A DNA stretch of 64,000 nt from an uncultured Candidatus Rokubacteria bacterium (lineage in GTDB: Bacteria; Methylomirabilota; Methylomirabilia; Rokubacteriales; CSP1-6), in NCBI GenBank assembly GCA_963762145.1, contig CAVXJS010000008.1, forward strand, positions 72,191 to 136,190, written 5' to 3'. How positions within the stretch are numbered: position 1 is the first letter of the stretch; every line of letters starts with the position of its first letter. The position numbers and the translations under genes are program-made. Shown piece after piece: positions 28,929-37,352 of this stretch. Below the pieces are notes generated by a model that searched no databases, had not been told where the DNA came from, and saw only the letters and a list, made by a program, of their open reading frames with translations.

Positions 28929-28929
28929 T
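28921..28929 (+). promoter_or_regulatory. Consensus extended -10 element overlapping the upstream stop codon
   Basis: TGCTATAAT, 13 nt before ATG 28943, which lacks an SD. Confidence 0.6.
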
Positions 28930-28942
28930 CGCGGGCACGCTC

Positions 28943-30190
28943 ATGTCCTCGTCCCGGGTGTTCTACGGCTGGTGGGTCACCGTCGCCTTCTCCGTCATGG
29001 TCTTCGTCTCGGCCGGCGTGCGTCACGCGGTCGGGCCCTTCCTCAAGCCGATGGCGACGGACCTGGGCGTGGACCGCGGCTCCTTCTCGCTGGTCATCGC
29101 CCTCGGCCTCTTCCTCTACGGCGCCTTCATGCCGTGGATCGGCGGCCTCACCGATCGCTTCGGGGCGCGGCGGATCACCGCGGCGGGCTCGGTGCTGCTG
29201 GCCCTCTCCCTCGTGCTCACCGCCTACTGCCAGAACCTCTGGCAGCTCGCGCTGGTCTACGGCGTGCTCGCCGCGCTGGGCCTCGCCTGCACCGGCCCGG
29301 TGGTGGCCAACGCGGTGGTCACGCGCTGGTTCGTGCGCCGGCGCGGCACCGCGGTGTCCCTGCTCGGCAGCGCGGCGATGACCGGGATGAGCCTGCTGGT
29401 GCCGGTGGTGGCGTGGCTCATCGTGATGTTCGACTGGCGGACCGCCTACATGGTCCTGGGCGCCGCGGTGCTGGTGGGCATGCTCCCGCTCTGCCTCTTC
29501 GTGGTGCGCGACTCGCCCGAGGAGATGGGGATGCGCCCCGACGGCGACGCGCTGGTGCCGGGCGCACCCGCGCCGATCATCACCCGGACCTCCGCCGGCA
29601 CCGCGCTGCGCACGGTGGCCTTCTGGCAGCTCGGCGGCTCGTTCTTCACCTGCGGGTTCTCGATGGCCCTGGTGGCCGCGCACGGGGTGCCGATGCTCAC
29701 CGACCACGGCTACACGCCGATCTTCGCGTCGTGGGTGATCGGCGTGCTCGGCGCCTCCAGCATCGTGTTCACCCTGACCCTGGGCCGGCTGTCGGACGCG
29801 TACGGGGCGCGGCCGGTGCTGGCCGCGATCTACGCGGGGCGCGCGGTCATCTTCGCCGGGCTCTTCCTAATCCGGGACAATCCGGCCGCGATGATCGGCG
29901 TCGCCATCGTGGGCGGCATCACCCTGGCCGGGTCGATGTCCATGACCTCGGTGCTCACCGCCGACATCTACGGCCGCTACTCGGTCGGCTCCATCCTGGG
30001 CGTGATCTTCCTCGTGCACCAGACCGGCGCCGCGCTCGGCTCCTGGCTCGCGGGCGCCCTCTTCGAGGCGACGGGCGGCTATGGCGCCATGTTCGCCATC
30101 GCCTGCGTTCTGCTGGCCGCCGCCGGCCTCGTCAGCCTGCACGTGGACCGGGAGCCGCGCGTGCTTCGCTGGGCCCCTCTCACCCGCTAA
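28943..30190 (+). CDS. MFS transporter (OFA/monocarboxylate-like)
   Basis: FYGWWV, GGLTDRFGAR and RWFVRRRGTA motifs; about 12 TM segments. Confidence 0.88.
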   Translation: MSSSRVFYGWWVTVAFSVMVFVSAGVRHAVGPFLKPMATDLGVDRGSFSLVIALGLFLYGAFMPWIGGLTDRFGARRITAAGSVLLALSLVLTAYCQNLWQLALVYGVLAALGLACTGPVVANAVVTRWFVRRRGTAVSLLGSAAMTGMSLLVPVVAWLIVMFDWRTAYMVLGAAVLVGMLPLCLFVVRDSPEEMGMRPDGDALVPGAPAPIITRTSAGTALRTVAFWQLGGSFFTCGFSMALVAAHGVPMLTDHGYTPIFASWVIGVLGASSIVFTLTLGRLSDAYGARPVLAAIYAGRAVIFAGLFLIRDNPAAMIGVAIVGGITLAGSMSMTSVLTADIYGRYSVGSILGVIFLVHQTGAALGSWLAGALFEATGGYGAMFAIACVLLAAAGLVSLHVDREPRVLRWAPLTR

Positions 30191-30205
30191 CCAAGGAGAT
30201 CAGTC

Positions 30206-30514
30206 ATGGCCGAAGTGCTCACGGTGATCGCGAAGATCCGGGCGGTGAAGGGCAAGGGCGACGCGCTGGCCGCGCTGCTCAAGGAGCAGGTGGCCGTCGT
30301 CACGAAGGCGGAGCCGGGCCTCCTGATCTACCGTCCGCATCGCTCCAGCAAGGATCCCGACCTCTTCATCTTCTACGAGCAGTACAAGGACGACGCCGCC
30401 TTCGAGGTGCACCGCAAGGCGCCGTACCTGGCCGCCTACCGGGAGCGCCGCGAGAAGGAAGGCCTGACCGAGGGCCCCGCCGAGGTCGAGATCTACCGCT
30501 CGCTGACGGACTAG
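30206..30514 (+). CDS. ABM-domain (putative quinol monooxygenase) protein
   Basis: VIAKIRA..GKGD, EPG, FIFYEQYKDDAAFEVH motifs; AAGGAG SD. Confidence 0.88.
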   Translation: MAEVLTVIAKIRAVKGKGDALAALLKEQVAVVTKAEPGLLIYRPHRSSKDPDLFIFYEQYKDDAAFEVHRKAPYLAAYRERREKEGLTEGPAEVEIYRSLTD

Positions 30515-30517
30515 CCC

Positions 30518-30570
30518 TCGCCCCTCACCCTCTCGCCCCTCACCCTACCCTCTCCCCAGTGGGGAGAGGG
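30518..30570 (+). repeat. REP-like palindrome family A, copy 3, with duplicated 5' arm
   Basis: TCGCCCCTCACCCT twice, then CCCTCTCCCC-AGT-GGGGAGAGGG; between convergent genes. Confidence 0.85.
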
Positions 30571-30572
30571 TT

Positions 30573-31775
30573 CTACCGGCGCTCGGCCGCGAGCTCCTTG
30601 CGGAGCGCGTCGGCGAGCCGCGCGAACTGCTCGGCGCGGTTGTAAAGCTGGGCGGAGACGCGGACGTGCCGCCGCGGCGGCGCGGGCCAGCGGAAGATCG
30701 GCACCTCGATGCCGTGGCCGGCGAAGAGCCGCGCCTGGAGGGGGTCGGGCACCCGCCACCCGGTGTCGGTCGTCACGCTGTCCGGCAGGAGCACGCTCGC
30801 GAGCGTGCCGATCATCTCATCCGGGCAGGCCGGCTCCGTTCCGACCGCGGCGCAGAGCGTCCGCCGCGCCTCCAGCGCGAGCGCGCGGTTGCGCGCCATC
30901 AGGGCGGGCCAGCCGCCCGGCACCAGCCCGCCCAGGTACTCGATCGCCTTCGGGACCGTCAGCCACGCGGTCGGGTCCTGGGTGCCGGTCCAGTCGAACT
31001 CGAGCCGGAAGCGCGTCCGGCCGGGCCGCTCGCCCGTCGCGCCGTGGCTGATCGTCAGCGGGTGGATGCGGGGCTGGCAATCGCGGCGCACCCAGAGGAA
31101 GGCGGAGCCCTTCGGCGTGCAGAGCCACTTGTGACAGTTGGCGCTGTAGTAGGCGGCGCCGAGCGCCCGCAGATCGAGCGGGACCATGCCGGGCGCGTGC
31201 GCGCCGTCCACCAGCGTCTCCACGCCCCGCGCCCGCAGCTCGGCGACCAGGCGCTCGATGGGCAGGATCAGCCCGGTGGCGCTCGTGATGTGGTCCAGCA
31301 GCGCCAGGCGCGTTCGCGACGTCACCCGGGCCAGCACCGCGCTCACGACCGCCTGCGGGGATGCCACCGGGAACGGGACGGTGGCGACCACGACGCGGGC
31401 GCCGGTGCGGCGCGCGACGTAGTCGAGCGTGTTCTTGCAGGCCGCGTAGGCATGATCGGTGGTGAGCAGCTCGTCGCCGCCCGCGAGCTCGAGCGAGCGC
31501 AGCACCGCGTTGACGCCGCTGGTGGCGTTGCCGACGAAGGCGAGATCGTCGGGATCGGCGCCGACGAAGGCGCCGAGGGCCGCCCGCGCGGTGTCGAGGC
31601 GCCCGTCCAGCTCGCGCCCGAGGAAGCGCACCGGCTCGGCTTCGAGCTCCGCGCGGAGCGCGCTCTGGTAGGCCAGGATCTCGGCCGGGCAGGCGCCGTA
31701 GGAGCCGTGGTTGAGGAACGTCACGGCGGGATCGAGCGGCCACTGGGCCGCCCACTGGGCCTCGCTCATCGGCAT
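30573..31775 (-). CDS. Class V PLP enzyme (isopenicillin N epimerase / C-S lyase-like)
   Basis: FLNHGSYGACP, NATSG, LDHITS, VDGAHAPG, NCHKW (PLP Lys) and RVSAQLYN motifs. Confidence 0.88.
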   Translation of the reverse strand: MPMSEAQWAAQWPLDPAVTFLNHGSYGACPAEILAYQSALRAELEAEPVRFLGRELDGRLDTARAALGAFVGADPDDLAFVGNATSGVNAVLRSLELAGGDELLTTDHAYAACKNTLDYVARRTGARVVVATVPFPVASPQAVVSAVLARVTSRTRLALLDHITSATGLILPIERLVAELRARGVETLVDGAHAPGMVPLDLRALGAAYYSANCHKWLCTPKGSAFLWVRRDCQPRIHPLTISHGATGERPGRTRFRLEFDWTGTQDPTAWLTVPKAIEYLGGLVPGGWPALMARNRALALEARRTLCAAVGTEPACPDEMIGTLASVLLPDSVTTDTGWRVPDPLQARLFAGHGIEVPIFRWPAPPRRHVRVSAQLYNRAEQFARLADALRKELAAERR

Positions 31776-31777
31776 GC

Positions 31778-33328
31778 TCAGAACCCCGGAGGCGGCCGGA
31801 AGCCGCCGATCACGTCGGCGAGCCGGCCCGCCAGGTCGATGGGTGTCGCGTCCTCGAGATACGGGCCCACGATCTGGATCCCCACCGGCAGCCCGCCCGG
31901 CGTGAAGCCGACCGGCGCCGTCGTCGCGGGCAGGCCGGCCAGCAACGCGAACGAGGTCCAGAAGGACAGATCCAGGTAGGGCCGCTCGCCCCGCGGCGTG
32001 GCGAGCACGCGCATGACCGGCGCGCCCGCCTGATCGTGCGGAAACGCGGCGACGAGGGCAGTCGGCAGCAGGAAGGCGTCGTACGAGCGGAAGTAGGCCT
32101 GCCAGACGCCGCGCGCGACCCGGCGCCGCGCCTCCACGGTCTGCATGTGGGCGTCGGACGCGGTGACCGCGCGGGCGTAGCGCGCGAGGTAGGAAGTGTC
32201 CTGGCTGGCCGCGAGCTGCCGGAAGCCGGCGAGCTGCTCCTCGCGCACCGGCGGCGTGAAGCGCGCGATGAGCAGCGTGTAGTAGGCGTCGAACTGCTCC
32301 CCGGGATTCACCCCGGGCGGCCAGCCCTCGGCGAGCTGGGCGCCGGCGCGGCGCAGCGCCTCGACCGCGGCGGCGAGCGCGTCGCCCACCTCCGGCGCCA
32401 CCGGGGCGCGCGGATCGTCGAGCACGTAGCCGATGCGGTAATCCGCGAGCCGCGTGCCGCGCGCGGGCGGCAGCGACCATCGCCAGGCCCGCGCCTCGTC
32501 GCCGTCGGGCCCGCCCAGCACCTCGAGGGCGGCGCGCAGATCCCCGGCGGAGCGCGCGAGGGGGCCGGCCACCGGCAGCGTCGAGGGCGGAGACGCCGGG
32601 ATGCCCGGCGGCGGCGGGATGTGGCCCCGCATCGGCACTACGTCGAGTGAGGGCTTGTGGCCGTAGACCCCGCAGAAGTGCGCGGGAATGCGGATCGAGC
32701 CTGCGAGATCGCTCCCCGGCTCGAGATAGGTGAGCCCCGCCGCGAGCGCGGCCGCGCCTCCGCCGGTCGAGCCGCCGGGCGTGCGCGCGACGTCCCAGGG
32801 ATTGCTGGTCTGTCCGTACACCGCGTTGTAGCTCTGCCAGTCGGTGGCGAAGATCGGGACGTTCGTCTTCCCCAGGATGACCATGCCCGCCGCGCGGAGC
32901 CGCGCCGCCACCGCCGCGTCCCGGGTGGGCACGTGGTTCCGCAGCGAGGGCGAGCCCGCGGTGGTCGTGACGCCGGCCACCTCGAAGGTGTCCTTGATGG
33001 TGCACGGCACGCCGTGGAACGGCCCGGCCAGGTCCCGGCGGGCTCGCGCCTCGTCGGCCGCGCGCGCGCGATCCACCGCGTCGGGGGCGAAAGCGACGAT
33101 GGCGTTGAGCCGGCCGTTGTACTGCTGGATCCGGTCCAGGATCCGGGTCGTGAGCTCGACCGAGGAGATCTGCCCGCTGCGAATCGCGCGGCCCGCGTCC
33201 AGGGCCGAGGCGAAGTCGAGGTCGCCGGCCCCGGCGCGCGCCGCGCGCACCGGGGCCAGCGCACTGGTCGTGACGGCGGCGAGCCCTCCCGCGAGAAATC
33301 CTCGCCGCGTGAGCTCCCGCGCGCTCAC
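31778..33328 (-). CDS. Amidase-signature enzyme with Tat signal
   Basis: GTG start overlapping TGA; TRRGFL; TIKD, GKTNVP, GGSTGG and GSDLAGSIR motifs. Confidence 0.88.
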   Translation of the reverse strand: MSARELTRRGFLAGGLAAVTTSALAPVRAARAGAGDLDFASALDAGRAIRSGQISSVELTTRILDRIQQYNGRLNAIVAFAPDAVDRARAADEARARRDLAGPFHGVPCTIKDTFEVAGVTTTAGSPSLRNHVPTRDAAVAARLRAAGMVILGKTNVPIFATDWQSYNAVYGQTSNPWDVARTPGGSTGGGAAALAAGLTYLEPGSDLAGSIRIPAHFCGVYGHKPSLDVVPMRGHIPPPPGIPASPPSTLPVAGPLARSAGDLRAALEVLGGPDGDEARAWRWSLPPARGTRLADYRIGYVLDDPRAPVAPEVGDALAAAVEALRRAGAQLAEGWPPGVNPGEQFDAYYTLLIARFTPPVREEQLAGFRQLAASQDTSYLARYARAVTASDAHMQTVEARRRVARGVWQAYFRSYDAFLLPTALVAAFPHDQAGAPVMRVLATPRGERPYLDLSFWTSFALLAGLPATTAPVGFTPGGLPVGIQIVGPYLEDATPIDLAGRLADVIGGFRPPPGF

Positions 33329-34477
33329 GGGGCCTCGTCGCCCGGCGTGGGCATCGTCCGACCGGTGGACGCCCGCGCCGGGAACCGGGCGAGCGCTGCC
33401 TCGTCGAGGTCGATGCCGAGCCCGGGGGACGCGGGGACCGCGATATACCCCGCCTTCACCTCGAACCCGGGGCGTGGCGATCTCGCGGCCGCGGGCCTCG
33501 AAGTTCACGAAGTACTCGGTGATGAGGAAGTTGGGGATCGCGGCGGAGACGTGCAGCGTGGCGGCCAGGCCGACGGTGGTGCTGTTGTAGTTGTGGGGCG
33601 AGACCGTGACCAGCGACGGCTCGGCCATCTGGGCGATGGCGCGCAGCTCCAGGATGCCGCCGCAGTTGCACACGTCGGGGTTGACGATGTCGGCCGCGCG
33701 CAGCTCGAAGGCGCGCCGGAACTCGGCGCGGGTGTAGAGCTCCTCGCCGGTGACGATCGGGATCGCGATCTGCCGCCGGCACTCCGCGAGCGCCTCCAGG
33801 TTCGTGGACGACACCGGCTCCTCGTACCAGAAGGGCCGGAAGCGCTCCATCTCGCGCGCGATCCGCACCGCGTGCATGGGAGCCAGCCGCCGGTGCACCT
33901 CGATCAGCAGATCCACCTCGGCGCCGACCGCCTCGCGCACCGCGGCCACGTTGGCCACCGCCTGCTCCTCGGCCGCGCGCGTGATGTGGGTGCGCCAGGG
34001 GCCGGGGAACGGATCGAACTTCAGCGCGTCGAAGCCGCGGCCCACCGTGTCGCGCGCCCGCGCCGCGTACTCTCCCGGGGTCTTGGCGCCGCCGTACCAT
34101 CCGTTGGCGTAGACGCGCACGCGCTCGCGACACGGCCCGCCCAGCAGCGCGTGCACCGGAACCCGGTGGCGCTTGCCCGCGATGTCCCAGAGCGCCTGCT
34201 CGAGCCCGCTCACCGCGCTCCAGAAGTCCATCGCGCCACGCTTGGCCGCGAAGTCGTGGTAGGCCCAGTGCACGAAGTGGGTGATGTGGCCCGCGTCGCG
34301 CCCCACGAGGTAGCGGCCGATCGCCTCCACGAGCGCCACGATGCTCGTGTCGCGGTCGGCCTGGGTGTAGCACTCACCCCAGCCGTGCGGGCCGCCGTCG
34401 GTCTCCACCTTGACGAAGCACAGATTCTTGCCGCTGCCGAGATCGGCCAGGAACGGGGTGACGCGGCTCACGCGCAT
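33325..34477 (-). CDS. Mandelate racemase/enolase superfamily (galactonate dehydratase-like), frameshift near 33470
   Basis: GWGE, SGLEQALWDIAGK, YANGW, KFDPF, IEVH, WYEEP, TGEE and PHN motifs; C-terminus GYIAVPASPGLGIDLDE is in a shifted frame ending at TGA 33325. Confidence 0.85.
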
Positions 34478-34499
34478 GACGATGATCGCTCCGGCCGCG

Positions 34500-34541
34500 A
34501 TCGTATCAGAATCGAGCGGACCGGAGCGAGCGTGATACGAT
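34500..34541. promoter_or_regulatory. Inverted pair of TGATACGAT (divergent extended -10 elements or operator)
   Basis: ATCGTATCA (34500-34508) and TGATACGAT (34533-34541) in the 75-bp divergent intergenic region. Confidence 0.55.
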
Positions 34542-34552
34542 TCCTCCGCCTC

Positions 34553-35815
34553 ATGCACGCTCTGACAGAGACGTCACGGCGCGGCTCGGTCCGCGTCAAG
34601 CTGATGGCCACGCTGTTCGTGGCCCAGGTCTGCGGCAGCACCGGCCACGCGATCGGCATGGCGGTCGGCAGCATCATGGCGGCGAGCATCACCGGCACCA
34701 ATACCTGGTCGGGTCTGCCGATCGCGGTGGGCGCGCTCGGCACCGCGCTGGCGAGCTGGCCGCTGGCCCGCCTGATGGCGCGCTCGGGCCGGCGCCCGGG
34801 CCTGGCGCTCGGCTACGCGCTCGCGATGATCGGCGCGGGGCTCGTCCTCTGGGGCGTGGCCGGCCGCAGCTTCACGCTGATGCTGATCGGCATGGCGCTG
34901 TTCGGCATCGCGAGCACCTCCAACCTGCTCGCCCGCTACGCGGCCGCCGACGTGAGCTCGCCCACCCGGCGCGGCCGCGCGATGGGCCTGATCGTCTGGG
35001 GCTCCACGGTGGGCTCGATGATCGGCCCCAACCTGATGGCCCCCGCGCTCTCCATCGGCGCGCTGCTCGGGGTCCCGGGGACCGCGAGCGCGTTCCTGAT
35101 CAGCGTGGCCAGCTACGCCATCGCCGCGCTCCTGACCTTCTGCTGCCTGCGCCCGGATCCGCTCGCCCTCGCCCGGCAGGAGCAGGCGGCCGCGGATGCG
35201 GGCCGGCCCGCCGGCGCCGCGCGCGCGCTCGGCGTGATCCTCGCGGACGTGCGCGTGCAGATCGCGCTCGCTACGCTGTCGGTCAGCCAGTTCGTGATGA
35301 TCAGCACCACCGCCATCTCGCCGCTCTACCTCCACGATCAGGGCCACGCGGTCGGGACCATCGGCGTCGCGGTCTCGCTCCACCTGGCCGGCATGTACGT
35401 GGCCTCGCCGCTCTCGGGCTGGCTCGCGGATCGCTTCGGGCGGCTGCCGGTGATCGCGGCGGGCGCGCTCCTGCTGATCTTCTCGGTGGGTCTGGCCGGG
35501 ATCGCCCCGGGCACCGAGGCGGTGCCGGTCATCCTCGCGCTCTTCCTGAACGGCGTCGGCTGGAATCTCGCGTTCGTGGCCGGCAGCGCCCTGCTCACCG
35601 ACGCGCTCGCTCCGGCGGAGCGGGCGTCGGTGCAGGGCTTCGCGGATCTGCTCATGGGCTTGATGGGCGCGATCGGCGCGGTGGCGGGCGGGATGATCCT
35701 GGGGCTCTGGGGCTTCGCCATCCTGAACGCGGTCGGCGGGGTGCTGGTGCTGGGCCCGCTCGCGGTCACGTGGCTGCGACGGCCCGCGCTCGCCTCCCTG
35801 TCGAGCCGGAGCTGA
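34553..35815 (+). CDS. MFS transporter
   Basis: LMARSGRRPGL, RYAAAD and GWLADRFGR motifs; multiple TM segments. Confidence 0.88.
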   Translation: MHALTETSRRGSVRVKLMATLFVAQVCGSTGHAIGMAVGSIMAASITGTNTWSGLPIAVGALGTALASWPLARLMARSGRRPGLALGYALAMIGAGLVLWGVAGRSFTLMLIGMALFGIASTSNLLARYAAADVSSPTRRGRAMGLIVWGSTVGSMIGPNLMAPALSIGALLGVPGTASAFLISVASYAIAALLTFCCLRPDPLALARQEQAAADAGRPAGAARALGVILADVRVQIALATLSVSQFVMISTTAISPLYLHDQGHAVGTIGVAVSLHLAGMYVASPLSGWLADRFGRLPVIAAGALLLIFSVGLAGIAPGTEAVPVILALFLNGVGWNLAFVAGSALLTDALAPAERASVQGFADLLMGLMGAIGAVAGGMILGLWGFAILNAVGGVLVLGPLAVTWLRRPALASLSSRS

Positions 35816-37008
35816 TGCTTCGGCTGCTCCCCGATCTGCGCTACCTGGGCGCCGGCACGCTGCTCAACTCGATCGGCATGATGGGTGAGCTCGTCGTGCT
35901 CGGCTGGCTCGCTCTCGAGCTGACCGACTCGCCCTTCCTGGTCGGCGCCGCGATGGGCGCGCGCGCCCTGCCGCTCTTCTTCGTGGGTGTGCCCGCCGGG
36001 GTGATCGCGGACCGGCTGCCGCGCCGGCGCCTGCTCATCGCGACCGGCGCCGGCCAGGCGCTCACCGCCGCCCTCATGGGCGTGCTCGCGCTGACCGGCG
36101 CGGTGAGCCTCGCCCAGCTCGTCCTGCTCACGTTCGTGGGCGGCATCCTGCGCGGCCTCGAGCACGCGGCGCGCCAGAGCTACGCGCACGACGTCGTCGG
36201 CGCCGCCGGCCTCGTGAGCGGCCTCGCCATCCTGGGCGTGGCGATGCGCGCGGGCTGGCTGGTGGGCTCGCTCGGCGCGGGCGCCGTCATCGCGCGCTAC
36301 GGCTCGGGCCACGCCTATCTCTTCGTCGCCGCGGCGTACCTGGCCGGGGGCCTCGCCATGCTCCCGGCCCGCGCGATGACCCCGGCGGTGGCGGCCGCGC
36401 CCGATTCCATGTGGCGGGGCATCACCAGCTTCGTCGACGCGGTGAACCGCGACCGCATGCTGCTGGTCCTGATGATGCTCACCGCGGGGGCCGAGGTGCT
36501 GGGCTTCGCGCACCAGGCGCTCCTGCCGAGCCTCGCCCGCGACGTGCTCCACACCGGCCCCGAGGGGCTCGGCGTCCTCAATGCGGCGCGCTCGATCGGC
36601 GGCATCCTGGCGCTCCTCGCCTCCCTGCGCGGCTTCACCGCAGGCGGCGGCGCGCTCTTCGTGGCGGTGCTGGTGTCCTTCGGAGGCAGCCTGATCGCCC
36701 TCGGGGTGGCGCCGTACCTGGTCGGGTTCGCCGGCGTCGCGCTGCTGGTCCTCCTCGCCAACGCGGCGGGGGCCCTGGCGGATCTGCTCGCGCAGAGCCT
36801 GCTCCAGCTGCGCGTCCCCGCCCACCTGCGCGGGCGCGCGGGAGGGGCCTGGGTGGTGGCCATCGGCCTGGCCCCGCTCGGCCAGATCCAGATCGGCGCG
36901 CTCGCCTCGCTGTTCGGGGTCAGCGCGGCGCTGGGCGCGAGCGGCCTCGGCCTCGTCGCCCTCGCGGGCGCCACCGCCCTGCTCTACCCGCGCCTGCGCG
37001 CGCTCTGA
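35815..37008 (+). CDS. MFS transporter
   Basis: TGATG coupling; GVIADRLPRRRL and VPAHLRGR motifs. Confidence 0.85.
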   Translation: MLRLLPDLRYLGAGTLLNSIGMMGELVVLGWLALELTDSPFLVGAAMGARALPLFFVGVPAGVIADRLPRRRLLIATGAGQALTAALMGVLALTGAVSLAQLVLLTFVGGILRGLEHAARQSYAHDVVGAAGLVSGLAILGVAMRAGWLVGSLGAGAVIARYGSGHAYLFVAAAYLAGGLAMLPARAMTPAVAAAPDSMWRGITSFVDAVNRDRMLLVLMMLTAGAEVLGFAHQALLPSLARDVLHTGPEGLGVLNAARSIGGILALLASLRGFTAGGGALFVAVLVSFGGSLIALGVAPYLVGFAGVALLVLLANAAGALADLLAQSLLQLRVPAHLRGRAGGAWVVAIGLAPLGQIQIGALASLFGVSAALGASGLGLVALAGATALLYPRLRAL

Positions 37009-37029
37009 CCGGCTCCGCCCGCGGCTGGG

Positions 37030-37058
37030 TTGCCGGTCCGGGGAGCCGCTGGTAAGCT
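37030..37058 (+). promoter_or_regulatory. sigma70 promoter, near-leaderless
   Basis: TTGCCG-N17-TAAGCT with TG extension, 8 nt before ATG 37067. Confidence 0.5.
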
Positions 37059-37066
37059 CTGCGGGC

Positions 37067-37348
37067 ATGACGCGCATGCGAGACGGCAGCGACGGGCCGG
37101 GGCCGAGCACGTCCGAGATGGCGCGGGACATCGTGGTCGCCCTGGTGCAGTCCGGCAAGATCCACCTCGATCCCGATCCGAAGAAGCAGGGCGAATGGCT
37201 CGGCGATCTCTTCAAGGCCGTCCACCAGAAGATCGTCGTGGAGGGCGCCCTCGAGATGCTCGTCGAGGATCAGCTCAAGAACTTCAACCTCGACGACCTC
37301 CGCCAGCTCCGCGGACTCCTCGACGCGGAGATCGCGGCGCGGAGCTGA
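37067..37348 (+). CDS. Hypothetical small helical protein
   Basis: 93-aa ORF with host-like codon usage and a promoter-like upstream region. Confidence 0.7.
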   Translation: MTRMRDGSDGPGPSTSEMARDIVVALVQSGKIHLDPDPKKQGEWLGDLFKAVHQKIVVEGALEMLVEDQLKNFNLDDLRQLRGLLDAEIAARS

Positions 37349-37352
37349 GGCG

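Noticed and set aside
30573-31775. Beta-lactam or ergothioneine biosynthesis suggested by the CefD/EgtE-like gene
   Set aside because: No partner biosynthetic genes in the window; the family is widespread.
31778-34558. Apparent 926-aa enolase-amidase fusion in the ORF track
   Set aside because: One extra C near 33470 shifts the frame. The enolase C-terminus and stop (33325) exist in another frame, and the amidase has its own GTG start and Tat motif.
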